Below the pieces are notes generated by a model that was not told where the DNA came from, ran no database searches, and saw only the letters and a program-made list of their open reading frames with translations. The position numbers and the translations under genes were made by a program. DNA of 23,990 bases from a virus. Taxonomy: Duplodnaviria; Heunggongvirae; Uroviricota; Caudoviricetes. Each line of letters opens with the position of its first letter. Within the stretch, counting starts at the first letter, position 1. Below, piece by piece: positions 1 to 8,292 of this stretch. The stretch lies in IMG/VR virus record IMGVR_UViG_2681813314_000025, positions 1 to 23,990 of that record; one strand, written 5' to 3'.

Positions 1-1053
1 TTACGGGGTAATGCCAACCGCTGCCGCCACTTTGTCGCCACTTGGCAGCGTTGCCAGAGGATTGAAACGGAGCGCCGTTTCCAGATGATCTGGTGCCAGA
101 TGTGCGTAACGCATAGTCATTTTTATATCGTGGTGTCCGAGAATTTTTTGTAAGGCGAGAATGTTTCCACCCGACATCATGAAGTGCGCCGCAAATGTAT
201 GGCGCAGAACGTGTGTGAGTTGACCGCGAGGGAGCACGATAGACGTTTTTTCCATCACGGATAAAAATTGAAAATAGCAGTCTGTAAAGAAATTGAACCC
301 ATCAAGCGCCATGATCTCTTCGTAAAGCTCTTTACTGATAGGGATGCTTCTGTTTTTCTTCCCCTTCGTTCTGACAAAGGTAATTCGGTATTTGGTCACC
401 TGTGAGCGGGTAAGATTTACGGCTTCACGCCAGCGTGCGCCTGTGCTTAAGCATATCTTAACTACCAGTGCCAGAATCGGGTCCTGACGTTTACAATCAG
501 CCAGCAATTCAACAATCTGCTCATGGGTAAGCCATGCCATCTCTTTTTCTGCGATGGTGAATTTTCGCATGTTCTCCAGTGGGTTCGGATACGACCATTC
601 GCCCAGGCGGGATAGTTCGCTAAAAACACTACTAAGATAGCTTTGCTCCAGGTTAATAGTGACCGGGCTTGCTCCTTTTTTCCATTTCTCGCTGAAGTAG
701 ATCTCACCCGTCAGGCGTTTATCTCGATAGTGGGCAAACATTTTAGATGTGAGATCGGTTGCAAGGGGATTGCCCAGAGCGTCAACCATCAACAGCAATT
801 TGTCATAGACATGCTGCCCAGCGGTTAGAGCTTTACCATGTAGTTTGAACCATAGCTCAACTACGTCTTTCAGTGTTCGACGATCCACTGATTCACCCAG
901 CCAGGGCTTTGCTTCGGTTTCTTCCATCGTGTGGCGCTCAAAAGCCAGAGCTTCGCCTTTGGTGGCGAATTGTTTACGCACACGACGCCCACTACGTCCG
1001 GCGGGGTAACATTCGCAAAGCCATTTCCCTGTGGTGAGTTTTCGTACTGCCAT
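1..1053 (-). CDS. int: Tyrosine recombinase / phage integrase (P2/186 family)
   Basis: C-terminal motifs of tyrosine recombinases (..HVLRHTFAAHF.. and ..HHDIKMTMRYAHL.. with the catalytic Tyr). The likely start is the internal Met (MAVRKLTTGKWLCECY..) at 1053; the ORF track extends to 1209, but that upstream stretch is AT-rich and looks non-coding. The stop codon sits at the window edge. Confidence 0.85.
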   Translation of the reverse strand: MAVRKLTTGKWLCECYPAGRSGRRVRKQFATKGEALAFERHTMEETEAKPWLGESVDRRTLKDVVELWFKLHGKALTAGQHVYDKLLLMVDALGNPLATDLTSKMFAHYRDKRLTGEIYFSEKWKKGASPVTINLEQSYLSSVFSELSRLGEWSYPNPLENMRKFTIAEKEMAWLTHEQIVELLADCKRQDPILALVVKICLSTGARWREAVNLTRSQVTKYRITFVRTKGKKNRSIPISKELYEEIMALDGFNFFTDCYFQFLSVMEKTSIVLPRGQLTHVLRHTFAAHFMMSGGNILALQKILGHHDIKMTMRYAHLAPDHLETALRFNPLATLPSGDKVAAAVGITP

Positions 1054-1241
1054 AAAAAATGCCCTCCAGTAGAGAGCATTTTTACTGTATGTATAACCAG
1101 TGTCAATGTATGAAATCCTACGACCATACATCTCACTGAAGCCATAATGAAGTTGGCTATTCTTTTTGCTATGTGAGCATGTAACTTTTGCGGTTAACCT
1201 GCGGCTCATTTTTATTTTAGACGCAGATATAAAAGCAAAAG

Positions 1242-1433
1242 TTATCGTGAGTTTTTAGTACAGATTTTTTTGGATTTACTAATAGTTCCATCATTGCAAA
1301 CGAATTTGCCATCTGAGGTACAGTGAGAAACACCTCCCTTTTTCCCTGAGCAGGGATAATTTCTAGCATAGGTAGTTAGTGGGTTTAATAACAAAGAACA
1401 TGACAAAACCACAAAAAATACCTTACCAAGCAT
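1242..1433 (-). CDS. Small secreted cysteine-rich protein (63 aa: predicted signal peptide plus a ~40-aa mature region with 4 Cys); putative lysogeny-expressed moron
   Basis: N-terminal hydrophobic signal-like segment [23 protein letters not shown] followed by a Lys/Cys-rich region. A strong GGGAGGAAA Shine-Dalgarno lies 5 nt upstream of the ATG, and the gene starts 16 nt downstream of the cI stop, on the same strand between cI and int. The sequence is AT-rich. Confidence 0.5.
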   Translation of the reverse strand: MLGKVFFVVLSCSLLLNPLTTYARNYPCSGKKGGVSHCTSDGKFVCNDGTISKSKKICTKNSR

Positions 1434-1448
1434 AGTTTCCTCCCGGTA

Positions 1449-2105
1449 CTATTTAACATACTTGACTGTTAAACTTATAATTTTACCAATTATTTCAATG
1501 TCTTCTATCTTGCATTCGAAGGCTCTGTTTCCACCCTCGACGAAGATTCTTCCACCGGGTAAACGAGTAATGTCACGGATCGTTATTTCGCCATCAATAC
1601 TTATTACCCATTTACCATCACGTATATCATCAAATTCTTTATCACAAATAAATTCAGAATTGTTATCTGTGATGACAAAAGGTTTTTTAAACGTAGAGGG
1701 TAGAAATTCCTTATCAAAAATATAAAAACCGTCTTTCTGCAATGCTCCATCAGACAATAAATATTTTTCTACTTCTATAGTATTTGTATTTGCTGATGCT
1801 TGCTTTGAACCATGCCCTGTTGTTAGCCAATTAAGCGAGGTGCCCGTTTCAAGGGCGCACTGGATTACCCAATCTGCTGGAAAAATATCACGCATATAGC
1901 GCGTTGCCATGGTGCTCTTAGAAACACCTAAATGATCACAGAGAGCCTGACGGGTACCGAACCCATATGCTTCAACTAAACGTTCTATGGCTTTCTTACC
2001 GCCGCTATTGAAATCCACAAGTCCTCCAAAGAAATCCAAAATTCGTTGACAGATTCCAAAAGCGATCTTAAAGTTGAACCAGAAGTGTTCTTTTGGAGCC
2101 TTCAC
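1449..2105 (-). CDS. cI: Immunity repressor CI (phage 186 CI type; N-terminal HTH, C-terminal oligomerisation domain)
   Basis: The translation aligns by eye with recalled 186 CI (..EAYGF.., ..CALETG..L.WL.TG.G.., ..LPG..........FEC.I.DI...G..). It is oriented away from apl/cII, as in 186. Confidence 0.8.
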   Translation of the reverse strand: MKAPKEHFWFNFKIAFGICQRILDFFGGLVDFNSGGKKAIERLVEAYGFGTRQALCDHLGVSKSTMATRYMRDIFPADWVIQCALETGTSLNWLTTGHGSKQASANTNTIEVEKYLLSDGALQKDGFYIFDKEFLPSTFKKPFVITDNNSEFICDKEFDDIRDGKWVISIDGEITIRDITRLPGGRIFVEGGNRAFECKIEDIEIIGKIISLTVKYVK

Positions 2106-2163
2106 TACTAATCACGACAAACAACGGCTCGCCACAAGCCATATCTAGAAGGAATGTTGCCTT

Positions 2164-2367
2164 ATGACACCTAACATTTCAATTACTCTGAATACACCAC
2201 ATGTCACAATCGAACGTTATAGCGAACTGACTGGCCTTTCTATTGATACGATTAACGACATGTTGGCTGATGGCCGACTACCTCGTCATCGTCTTCGTAA
2301 AGACAAAAAACGTGAAAAGGTAATGATTAACCTGGCTGCTCTGACTGTTGATGCTTTGTCTGCTTAA
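2164..2367 (+). CDS. apl: Apl/Cox-like small HTH regulator (excisionase / lytic-switch repressor)
   Basis: A 67-aa basic protein that is the first gene of the rightward early operon, immediately upstream of cII; this is the position of 186 apl and P2 cox. An HTH-like segment ([19 protein letters not shown]) is present. Confidence 0.65.
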   Translation: MTPNISITLNTPHVTIERYSELTGLSIDTINDMLADGRLPRHRLRKDKKREKVMINLAALTVDALSA

Positions 2368-2431
2368 TAGACGTCTATTTTCGCAATAAGACGCTGAGTT
2401 CGATTTTGCGATAAGTTCGGAGTTGAAAACC

Positions 2432-2941
2432 ATGTTTGATTACCAAGTTTCCAAACATCCACATTTTGATGAAGCCTGTCGTGCATTTGCATTGCGCCAC
2501 AACTTGGTGCAACTGGCAGAACGTGCAGGTATGAATGTGCAGATTCTGCGGAACAAGCTGAATCCAGCTCAACCTCATTTATTAACCGCACCAGAAATTT
2601 GGTTGCTTACTGATCTGACAGAAGACTCAACACTGGTAGATGGTTTTCTGGCACAGATTCACTGCCTGCCATGTGTGCCGATTAATGAGGTGGCAAAAGA
2701 GAAACTGCCACATTACGTCATGAGTGCAACCGCAGAGATCGGGCGTGTTGCTGCAGGTGCGGTATCTGGCGATGTAAAAACCAGTGCAGGTCGTCGTGAT
2801 GCCATCAGCAGCATTAACTCTGTAACACGACTGATGGCGCTGGCTGCTGTTTCATTGCAGGCCCGTTTACAGGCTAACCCTGCGATGGCGAGTGCGGTTG
2901 ATACCGTAACTGGCCTCGGTGCTTCATTCGGTTTGCTGTGA
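2432..2941 (+). CDS. cII: Phage regulatory protein CII (186 CII family)
   Basis: Translation [40 protein letters not shown].. closely matches recalled 186 CII. Starting at the ATG at 2432 (GGAG 9 nt upstream) gives 169 aa, the same length as 186 CII; the track's TTG start at 2423 is less likely. Confidence 0.85.
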   Translation: MFDYQVSKHPHFDEACRAFALRHNLVQLAERAGMNVQILRNKLNPAQPHLLTAPEIWLLTDLTEDSTLVDGFLAQIHCLPCVPINEVAKEKLPHYVMSATAEIGRVAAGAVSGDVKTSAGRRDAISSINSVTRLMALAAVSLQARLQANPAMASAVDTVTGLGASFGLL

Positions 2942-2948
2942 GGTGCTT

Positions 2949-3245
2949 ATGCTGTCGAAAGAACCATCATTTGCATCGCTGCTGGTAAAACAAAGCCCGG
3001 CAATGCACTACGGTCACGGCTGGATCACGGGTGAGGATGGAAAACGCTGGCATCCATGTCATTCACAAGATGAATTGCTGTCTGAATTGACCACGAGGAA
3101 ACGGAGAAAGTCCAAATGTATGCGGCAGAAAGTGAAATGGTTTATCAGTTTCGTTACAGAGGGGAGAGTTATTCAGTACCTGAAGATGATTTGCTCTGTT
3201 GCTATCCGTCATTGTCGGGCGATGGCAGTTACTTTTTCACGTTAA
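2949..3245 (+). CDS. Hypothetical early protein (98 aa); boundaries uncertain because its 3' part overlaps the next ORF
   Basis: The ATG at 2949 lies 8 nt after the cII stop, with AGGTG upstream. The last ~40 codons overlap ORF 3116-3340 in another frame and have an odd composition, so the 3' end may not be coding. Confidence 0.35.
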   Translation: MLSKEPSFASLLVKQSPAMHYGHGWITGEDGKRWHPCHSQDELLSELTTRKRRKSKCMRQKVKWFISFVTEGRVIQYLKMICSVAIRHCRAMAVTFSR

Positions 3246-3340
3246 AGGATGGGACGTTTTTACGGGGAGAGCAGGTTAAAGAGACGATACGAAAAAATGT
3301 ATCTCCTCTTGAGCGTTACCGTAAGAACAAAGAACGATAG
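3116..3340 (+). CDS. Hypothetical early protein (74 aa)
   Basis: GGAGAAAG Shine-Dalgarno about 8 nt upstream of the ATG, and a protein-like composition (MYAAESEMVYQFRYRGESYSVPEDD..). Confidence 0.5.
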   Translation: MYAAESEMVYQFRYRGESYSVPEDDLLCCYPSLSGDGSYFFTLKDGTFLRGEQVKETIRKNVSPLERYRKNKER

Positions 3341-3362
3341 CTGCGTTTGGGGGATATGAAGT

Positions 3363-3704
3363 ATGGCAATTAATGGCGCTGCAGCAACTGTTCCATTAAG
3401 CCCCGGTGAACGCCTGAATGGACTTAATCACATTGCGGAGTTAAGGGCGAAAGTTTTTGGCCTGAATATTGAGTCAGAGCTTGAGCGGTTTATTAAAGAT
3501 ATGCGTGATCCACGGGATATCAATAATGAACAAAATAAACGGGCACTGGCTGCCATATTCTTTATGGCAAAAATTCCAGCTGAACGTCATAGCATCAGCA
3601 TTAATGAGCTGACCACTGACGAAAAGCGGGAGCTGATTAAAGCAATGAATCATTTTCGTGCAGTGGTGAGCTTATTTCCCAGACGGCTAACCATGCCGAA
3701 TTAA
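3363..3704 (+). CDS. Hypothetical early protein (113 aa)
   Basis: ORF in the early operon with a GGGGGA-type purine-rich stretch upstream; no motif recognised. Confidence 0.55.
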   Translation: MAINGAAATVPLSPGERLNGLNHIAELRAKVFGLNIESELERFIKDMRDPRDINNEQNKRALAAIFFMAKIPAERHSISINELTTDEKRELIKAMNHFRAVVSLFPRRLTMPN

Positions 3705-3771
3705 CCAACTAATGAAATTAATGGCGTAAACCCGCCGGGCATCCCTTTATCTAAATTCAGGAGAATTGATT

Positions 3772-4005
3772 ATGCGTAATATTGATACCCTCACGACTAA
3801 AACCGGACCGGATGACGCAGGGCTTAATATTTTACTGACAGAGGCTCGTCTGGAAGAACGCCGGGCAAGGGCTGAAGCAATGGCAGCTCGCCTTGATCGC
3901 CTGGCGTGTCATATCACATCCCGCCAGTTAAACCACGTCGAAGCGGCAGAACTGCTGCGTGTGACTGCTGAAGCAATCCAGAACGAAGCGCAGGAGATCC
4001 ACTGA
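3772..4005 (+). CDS. Hypothetical early protein (77 aa), acidic and coiled-coil-like
   Basis: ATG at 3772 with AGGAG 9-10 nt upstream (the track's start at 3766 is a TTG). Its stop overlaps the next start (ATGA-type). Confidence 0.55.
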   Translation: MRNIDTLTTKTGPDDAGLNILLTEARLEERRARAEAMAARLDRLACHITSRQLNHVEAAELLRVTAEAIQNEAQEIH

Positions 4006-4232
4006 TGGCTGATGCAATGGATCTCGTCCAGCAGCGCGTTGAAGAAGAACGCCAACGTCATATCCGTGCTGCCCGTGCCAAAACGCCGGGCGTGTCCCGC
4101 GTGCTTTGCGTTGAGTGTGAAGCGCCAATTCCGCCAGCACGCCGTCGTGCCATTCCGGGTGTGCAGCTTTGCATTACCTGTCAGGAAATCGCAGAGCTGA
4201 AAGGCAAACATTACAACGGAGGTGCTGTATGA
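4005..4232 (+). CDS. TraR/DksA-family C4 zinc-finger protein
   Basis: CxxC-X17-CxxC (CVEC ... CITC) in a 75-aa protein, the spacing typical of the DksA/TraR C4 finger. This differs from the Ogr/Delta CxxC-X22-CxxxxC spacing, so it is not called as the late activator. Confidence 0.7.
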   Translation: MADAMDLVQQRVEEERQRHIRAARAKTPGVSRVLCVECEAPIPPARRRAIPGVQLCITCQEIAELKGKHYNGGAV

Positions 4233-5086
4233 GCACCATCCTGAAATGGGCGGGAAATAAAACCGCCATAATGTCCGAACTGAAAAAGCATCTTCCTGCT
4301 GGCCCGCGACTGGTTGAACCTTTCGCGGGTTCCTGTGCAGTGATGATGGAGACGGATTACCCCAGCTATCTTGTTGCGGATATTAATCCTGATTTAATCA
4401 ACCTCTATAAAAAGGTTGCTGCTGATTGTGAGGCGTTTATATCTCGTGCCAGAGCTTTATTTGAGGAAGCAAACAGGGAGGTGGCTTATTACAACATAAG
4501 GCAGGAGTTTAATTACTCCACTGAAATTACTGATTTCATGAAAGCGGTATATTTTCTGTATCTCAATCGTCATGGTTACCGTGGATTATGTCGCTATAAC
4601 AAGAGCGGGTATTTCAACATTCCCTACGGTAATTATAAAAATCCGTATTTCCCTGAAAAAGAAATTCGCGCATTTGCAGAGAAAGCCCAGCGGGCAACGT
4701 TTATCTGCGCCAGCTTTGATGAAACGCTGGCGATGTTGAAGGCGGGGGATGTGGTGTATTGCGATCCGCCGTATGACGGTACGTTTTCCGGCTATCACAC
4801 TGATGGTTTCACTGAAGATGACCAGTATCACCTGGCATCCGTTCTTGAACATCGGTCATCAGAAGGACATCCGGTCATTGTTTCTAACAGTGACACATCC
4901 CTGATCCGTTCGCTGTATCGCAATTTTACTCACCACTACATCAAGGCAAAACGCAGCATCGGTGTGGCAGCTGGTGATAGTAAATCTGCAACAGAAATCA
5001 TTGCTGTTTCCGGGGCGCGCTGCTGGGTGGGATTTGATCCTTCGCGTGGCGTAGATAGTTCTGCTGTGTACGAGGTGCGTGTATGA
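4229..5086 (+). CDS. dam: DNA N6-adenine methyltransferase, Dam/D12 class (probable GATC specificity)
   Basis: N-terminal ILKWAGNK plus the AdoMet motif EPFAGSCAV, and the catalytic DPPY motif ([12 protein letters not shown]). The start overlaps the upstream stop (ATGA). Confidence 0.85.
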   Translation: MSTILKWAGNKTAIMSELKKHLPAGPRLVEPFAGSCAVMMETDYPSYLVADINPDLINLYKKVAADCEAFISRARALFEEANREVAYYNIRQEFNYSTEITDFMKAVYFLYLNRHGYRGLCRYNKSGYFNIPYGNYKNPYFPEKEIRAFAEKAQRATFICASFDETLAMLKAGDVVYCDPPYDGTFSGYHTDGFTEDDQYHLASVLEHRSSEGHPVIVSNSDTSLIRSLYRNFTHHYIKAKRSIGVAAGDSKSATEIIAVSGARCWVGFDPSRGVDSSAVYEVRV

Positions 5087-7476
5087 GTCATGACGATATG
5101 AGCAACTCTAGCGGCTTTAACGAGGCCGCTGCATCATTTTCATGGAACGGCCCGAAAAAGGCCATTAACCCTTATCTGGACCCGGCGGAATTTGCGCCGG
5201 AGTCTGCACTTTCAAACCTGATCACTCTGTATGCTGCCGATAACGAGCAGGAACAACTGCGCCGCGAGGCACTGAGTGAGCAGGTCTGGGAGCGTTATTT
5301 CTTTAATGAATCCCGTGATCCTGTCCAGCGCGAAATGGAGCAGGATAAGCTCATTAGCCGGGCAAAGCTGGCGCATGAGCAGCAGCGTTTTAATCCAGAC
5401 ATGGTCATTCTGGCTGACGTCAACGCCCAGCCTTCCCATATCAGCAAGCCGCTGATGCAACGTATTGAATACTTCAGCAGTCTGGGCAGGCCAAAGGCTT
5501 ATTCCCGCTATTTGCGTGAGACGATTAAGCCATGTCTGGAAAGACTGGAGCATGTACGCGACAGTCAGCTATCCACTTCTTTTCGCTTTATGGCAAGCCA
5601 TGAAGGGCTGGACGGCCTGCTGATCCTGCCTGAAATGAGTCAGGATCAGGTAAAACGCCTGTCCACCCTGGTAGCAGCGCATATGAGCATGTGTCTTGAG
5701 GTCGCTTGTGGTGATTTGTATGCCACCGATGACGTTAAGCCAGAAGAAATCCGCAAGACATGGGAAAAGGTGGCGGCGGAAACCCTGCGACTGGATGTCA
5801 TACCGCCTGCGTTTGAGCAACTCCGCCGGAAAAGAAACCGCCGTAAACCCGTGCCCTATGAACTTATTCCGGGTTCGCTGGCGCGTATGTTGTGCGCCGA
5901 CTGGTGGTATCGGAAATTATGGAAGATGCGTAGCGAATGGCGGGAAGAGCAGTTGCGTGCTGTTTGCCTGGTCAGCAAAAAAGCATCTCCCTATGTCAGC
6001 TATGAAGCCGTGATGCATAAACGTGAGCAGCGCCGTAAGTCGCTGGAGTTTTTCCGTTCTCATGAACTGGTGAACGAAGACGGCGACACGCTGGATATGG
6101 AAGACGTGGTAAACGCCAGCAGCAGCAACCCTGCGCATCGCCGCAATGAGATGATGGCCTGTGTTAAAGGTCTGGAGCTTATCGCGGAAATGCGCGGTGA
6201 CTGCGCCGTTTTCTACACCATCACCTGTCCGTCACGTTTCCATTCCACGCTAAATAACGGCAGGCCAAACCCGACCTGGACCAACGCGACAGTAAGACAA
6301 AGCAGCGATTATCTGGTCGGCATGTTTGCTGCATTTCGTAAGGCTATGCACAAAGCCGGGTTGCGCTGGTATGGCGTGCGGGTGGCTGAGCCGCATCATG
6401 ACGGCACAGTTCACTGGCACCTGTTGTGTTTCATGCGCAAAAAAGACCGCCGCGCCATTACTGCATTGTTGCGTAAGTTTGCCATCCGTGAAGACCGCGA
6501 GGAGCTGGGCAATAACACGGGGCCACGCTTTAAGTCTGAGCTGATAAACCCGCGCAAAGGAACGCCGACAAGCTACATTGCGAAATATATCAGTAAGAAT
6601 ATTGACGGGCGTGGTCTGGCTGGCGAGATCAGTAAGGAAACGGGTAAATCCCTGCGTGATAACGCTGAATACGTTAATGCCTGGGCGTCTCTGCATCGTG
6701 TTCAGCAATTCCGCTTCTTTGGCATTCCGGGGCGTCAGGCTTACCGTGAACTGCGATTGCTGGCTGGTCAGGCGGCAAGGCAACAGGGGGACAAAAAAGC
6801 AGGTGCGCCGGTACTGGATAACCCGCGCCTTGATGCAATCCTGGCTGCTGCTGATGCTGGTTGTTTTGCCACTTACATCATGAAGCAGGGCGGCGTACTG
6901 GTTCCCCGCAAATATCACCTCATCAGAACTGCTTATGAAATTAACGAAGAGCCGACCGCCTATGGCGATCACGGCATTCGTATTTATGGCATCTGGTCAC
7001 CCATTGCAGAGGGCAAGATCTGCACTCATGCAGTGAAGTGGAAAATGGTTCGTAAAGCCGTTGACGTTCAGGAGGCGGTAGCCGACCAGGGCGCTTGCGC
7101 CCCTTGGACTCGTGGCAATAACTGTCCCCCTGTTGAAAATATGAACAAATCAGGGGGGGATTTACCCGATATTAAAACCATGGATGAGAAGGAGCTGCAG
7201 GAATATCTCCACAACATGGGCCAGAAGGAACGGCGGGAGCTGACAGCCAGGTTGAGACTGGTAAAACCGAAGCGAAAAAAAGCATACATACAGAGTATTT
7301 CGGAGCAGCAGCGCCTGCAGCTTGAGGCAGAACTGACTGCCAGAGGGTTTGAGGGTAGTGTATCTGAGATTGATTTGCTTCTGCGTGGCGGCAGCATTCC
7401 ATCCGGTGCCGGTTTACGTATTTTTTACCGTAAACAGAGGCTGCAGGAAGATGACAAATGGCGTCGATGGTACTAA
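5083..7476 (+). CDS. Replication initiation endonuclease (P2 gpA-type HUH rolling-circle initiator)
   Basis: 797 aa, carrying an HUH-like motif ([13 protein letters not shown]) and a paired-tyrosine motif ([10 protein letters not shown]) as in gpA/phiX174 A-type nickases. It sits between the early operon and the tum/DinI region, as in P2/186. Confidence 0.9.
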   Translation: MSHDDMSNSSGFNEAAASFSWNGPKKAINPYLDPAEFAPESALSNLITLYAADNEQEQLRREALSEQVWERYFFNESRDPVQREMEQDKLISRAKLAHEQQRFNPDMVILADVNAQPSHISKPLMQRIEYFSSLGRPKAYSRYLRETIKPCLERLEHVRDSQLSTSFRFMASHEGLDGLLILPEMSQDQVKRLSTLVAAHMSMCLEVACGDLYATDDVKPEEIRKTWEKVAAETLRLDVIPPAFEQLRRKRNRRKPVPYELIPGSLARMLCADWWYRKLWKMRSEWREEQLRAVCLVSKKASPYVSYEAVMHKREQRRKSLEFFRSHELVNEDGDTLDMEDVVNASSSNPAHRRNEMMACVKGLELIAEMRGDCAVFYTITCPSRFHSTLNNGRPNPTWTNATVRQSSDYLVGMFAAFRKAMHKAGLRWYGVRVAEPHHDGTVHWHLLCFMRKKDRRAITALLRKFAIREDREELGNNTGPRFKSELINPRKGTPTSYIAKYISKNIDGRGLAGEISKETGKSLRDNAEYVNAWASLHRVQQFRFFGIPGRQAYRELRLLAGQAARQQGDKKAGAPVLDNPRLDAILAAADAGCFATYIMKQGGVLVPRKYHLIRTAYEINEEPTAYGDHGIRIYGIWSPIAEGKICTHAVKWKMVRKAVDVQEAVADQGACAPWTRGNNCPPVENMNKSGGDLPDIKTMDEKELQEYLHNMGQKERRELTARLRLVKPKRKKAYIQSISEQQRLQLEAELTARGFEGSVSEIDLLLRGGSIPSGAGLRIFYRKQRLQEDDKWRRWY

Positions 7477-7568
7477 GGATGCTGTTTAACATTTCGTGCT
7501 TTATTGACTGGAGTCAGTACATCCAATTGACTGACAAAAAAGAGTTTTACATTTTTTCTTTCCTACTA

Positions 7569-7588
7569 TACTGTTTGTATAAACAGTG
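7569..7588 (+). promoter_or_regulatory. LexA (SOS) box TACTGTTTGTATAAACAGTG overlapping a candidate -10 hexamer TATACT (7567-7572)
   Basis: CTGT-N8-ACAG with a strong match to the consensus TACTGTATATATATACAGTA, about 50 nt upstream of the ORF starting at 7635. Confidence 0.6.
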
Positions 7589-7634
7589 GGTATATGTACA
7601 GTATTTGTGTATCCGTGTAATGATAGGAGGGAAG

Positions 7635-7823
7635 ATGCAGGACTATCTTTTGGAGTCATTGAAGCTCCAGCGTATTGATTTTTTTATCAAGCTTGTAGCG
7701 GCTAGTGAGTGCAGCGACGAAGAAAAGCGGCTGGCTATCCAGTGGGTGTCCGAACTGACAGATGAGTTGATGGCGAAAATTCGCAGCCATGAATACAGCC
7801 GATCAATGGACGTTACCAGTTAA
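7635..7823 (+). CDS. Hypothetical small protein; candidate N-terminal module of a Tum-like SOS-induced antirepressor
   Basis: ATG at 7635 preceded by AGGAGGG. It lies directly downstream of the LexA box and immediately upstream of the DinI-like gene. The track's 121-aa version begins upstream of the promoter and is not used. Confidence 0.5.
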   Translation: MQDYLLESLKLQRIDFFIKLVAASECSDEEKRLAIQWVSELTDELMAKIRSHEYSRSMDVTS

Positions 7824-7835
7824 AGGGAAATCTGT

Positions 7836-8057
7836 ATGCGCATTGAAATAATGATCGATAAAGAGCAGAAGATTAGCCAGGCCACACTGGAAGCTCTTGA
7901 ATCCGAGCTCTACCGTAATTTGCGCCCTCTGTATCCCAAAACAGCAATTCGTATCCGTAAGGGCAGCGCCAATGGTGTTGAACTGAGCGGGTTAAAACTG
8001 GATGAAGACAAAAAGCGAGTAATGGAAATAATGCAGCAGGTTACATTAAAACGTTGA
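7836..8057 (+). CDS. DinI-like protein (73 aa)
   Basis: MRIEIMIDKEQKIS..LE.L..EL.... resembles recalled E. coli DinI (MRIEVTIAKT..); the size fits and the gene is in an SOS-regulated context. Confidence 0.75.
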   Translation: MRIEIMIDKEQKISQATLEALESELYRNLRPLYPKTAIRIRKGSANGVELSGLKLDEDKKRVMEIMQQVTLKR

Positions 8058-8218
8058 TCCCGATAGGATCCTATCAGAGGGAACAAGGTTGAACAACGAG
8101 TGAAGCGAGGCGTTAGGTATGGCGGTCATGATCTTCAATGGCCGCCAGCTTTGTACTGTTTGCTCAACCAGCGGGTGCAACATACTTTTCTAACTCGAAT
8201 ATAAGATAAGATTTTTTA

Positions 8219-8247
8219 TTTACAACACTTGGCTTGTTCCTTAGTAT
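8219..8247 (+). promoter_or_regulatory. Candidate sigma70 promoter for the ATPase-HNH operon (TTTACA-17 bp-TAGTAT)
   Basis: Hexamers with 17-bp spacing in an AT-rich region about 45 nt upstream of the ATPase start. Confidence 0.35.
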
Positions 8248-8292
8248 CTAGCTAATCCTGAATGTGGGTTAGTGGAAATTACAAGGAAATAT

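Noticed and set aside
1054-1209. N-terminal 52-codon extension of the integrase ORF (track gives 402 aa)
   Set aside because: The extension is AT-rich with no RBS, whereas the internal Met at 1053 gives an N-terminus (MAVRKLTTGKWLCECY) resembling recalled P2/186 integrases and a typical ~350-aa length.
1449-2105. CI as a LexA/lambda-CI-like S24 autopeptidase repressor
   Set aside because: No Gly-Asn-Ser-Met or Ser...Lys catalytic signature is visible, and the sequence instead aligns by eye with the 186 CI architecture.
4005-4232. Calling the 75-aa zinc-finger protein the Ogr/B late activator
   Set aside because: The cysteine spacing is CxxC-X17-CxxC (TraR/DksA-like), not the Ogr/Delta-type CxxC-X22-CxxxxC, and its position in the early operon matches the TraR-like ORF of P2-family phages rather than ogr/B.
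6250-6972. 240-aa minus-strand ORF inside the replication gene A
   Set aside because: It is fully embedded antisense to a well-supported 797-aa gene, has no RBS, and its composition (Arg/Cys/Ser-rich) is typical of spurious antisense frames in GC-rich coding DNA. The same reasoning applies to the other antisense or out-of-frame track ORFs inside the capsid, terminase, small-terminase, S/V and H genes (e.g. 15077-15739, 12630-13241, 16106-16588, 19663-20187, 23141-23689).
7458-7634. Upstream part of the 121-aa track ORF 7458-7823
   Set aside because: It would start inside gene A's last codons and read through the LexA box and promoter elements; the ATG at 7635 has a strong RBS and is taken as the real start.
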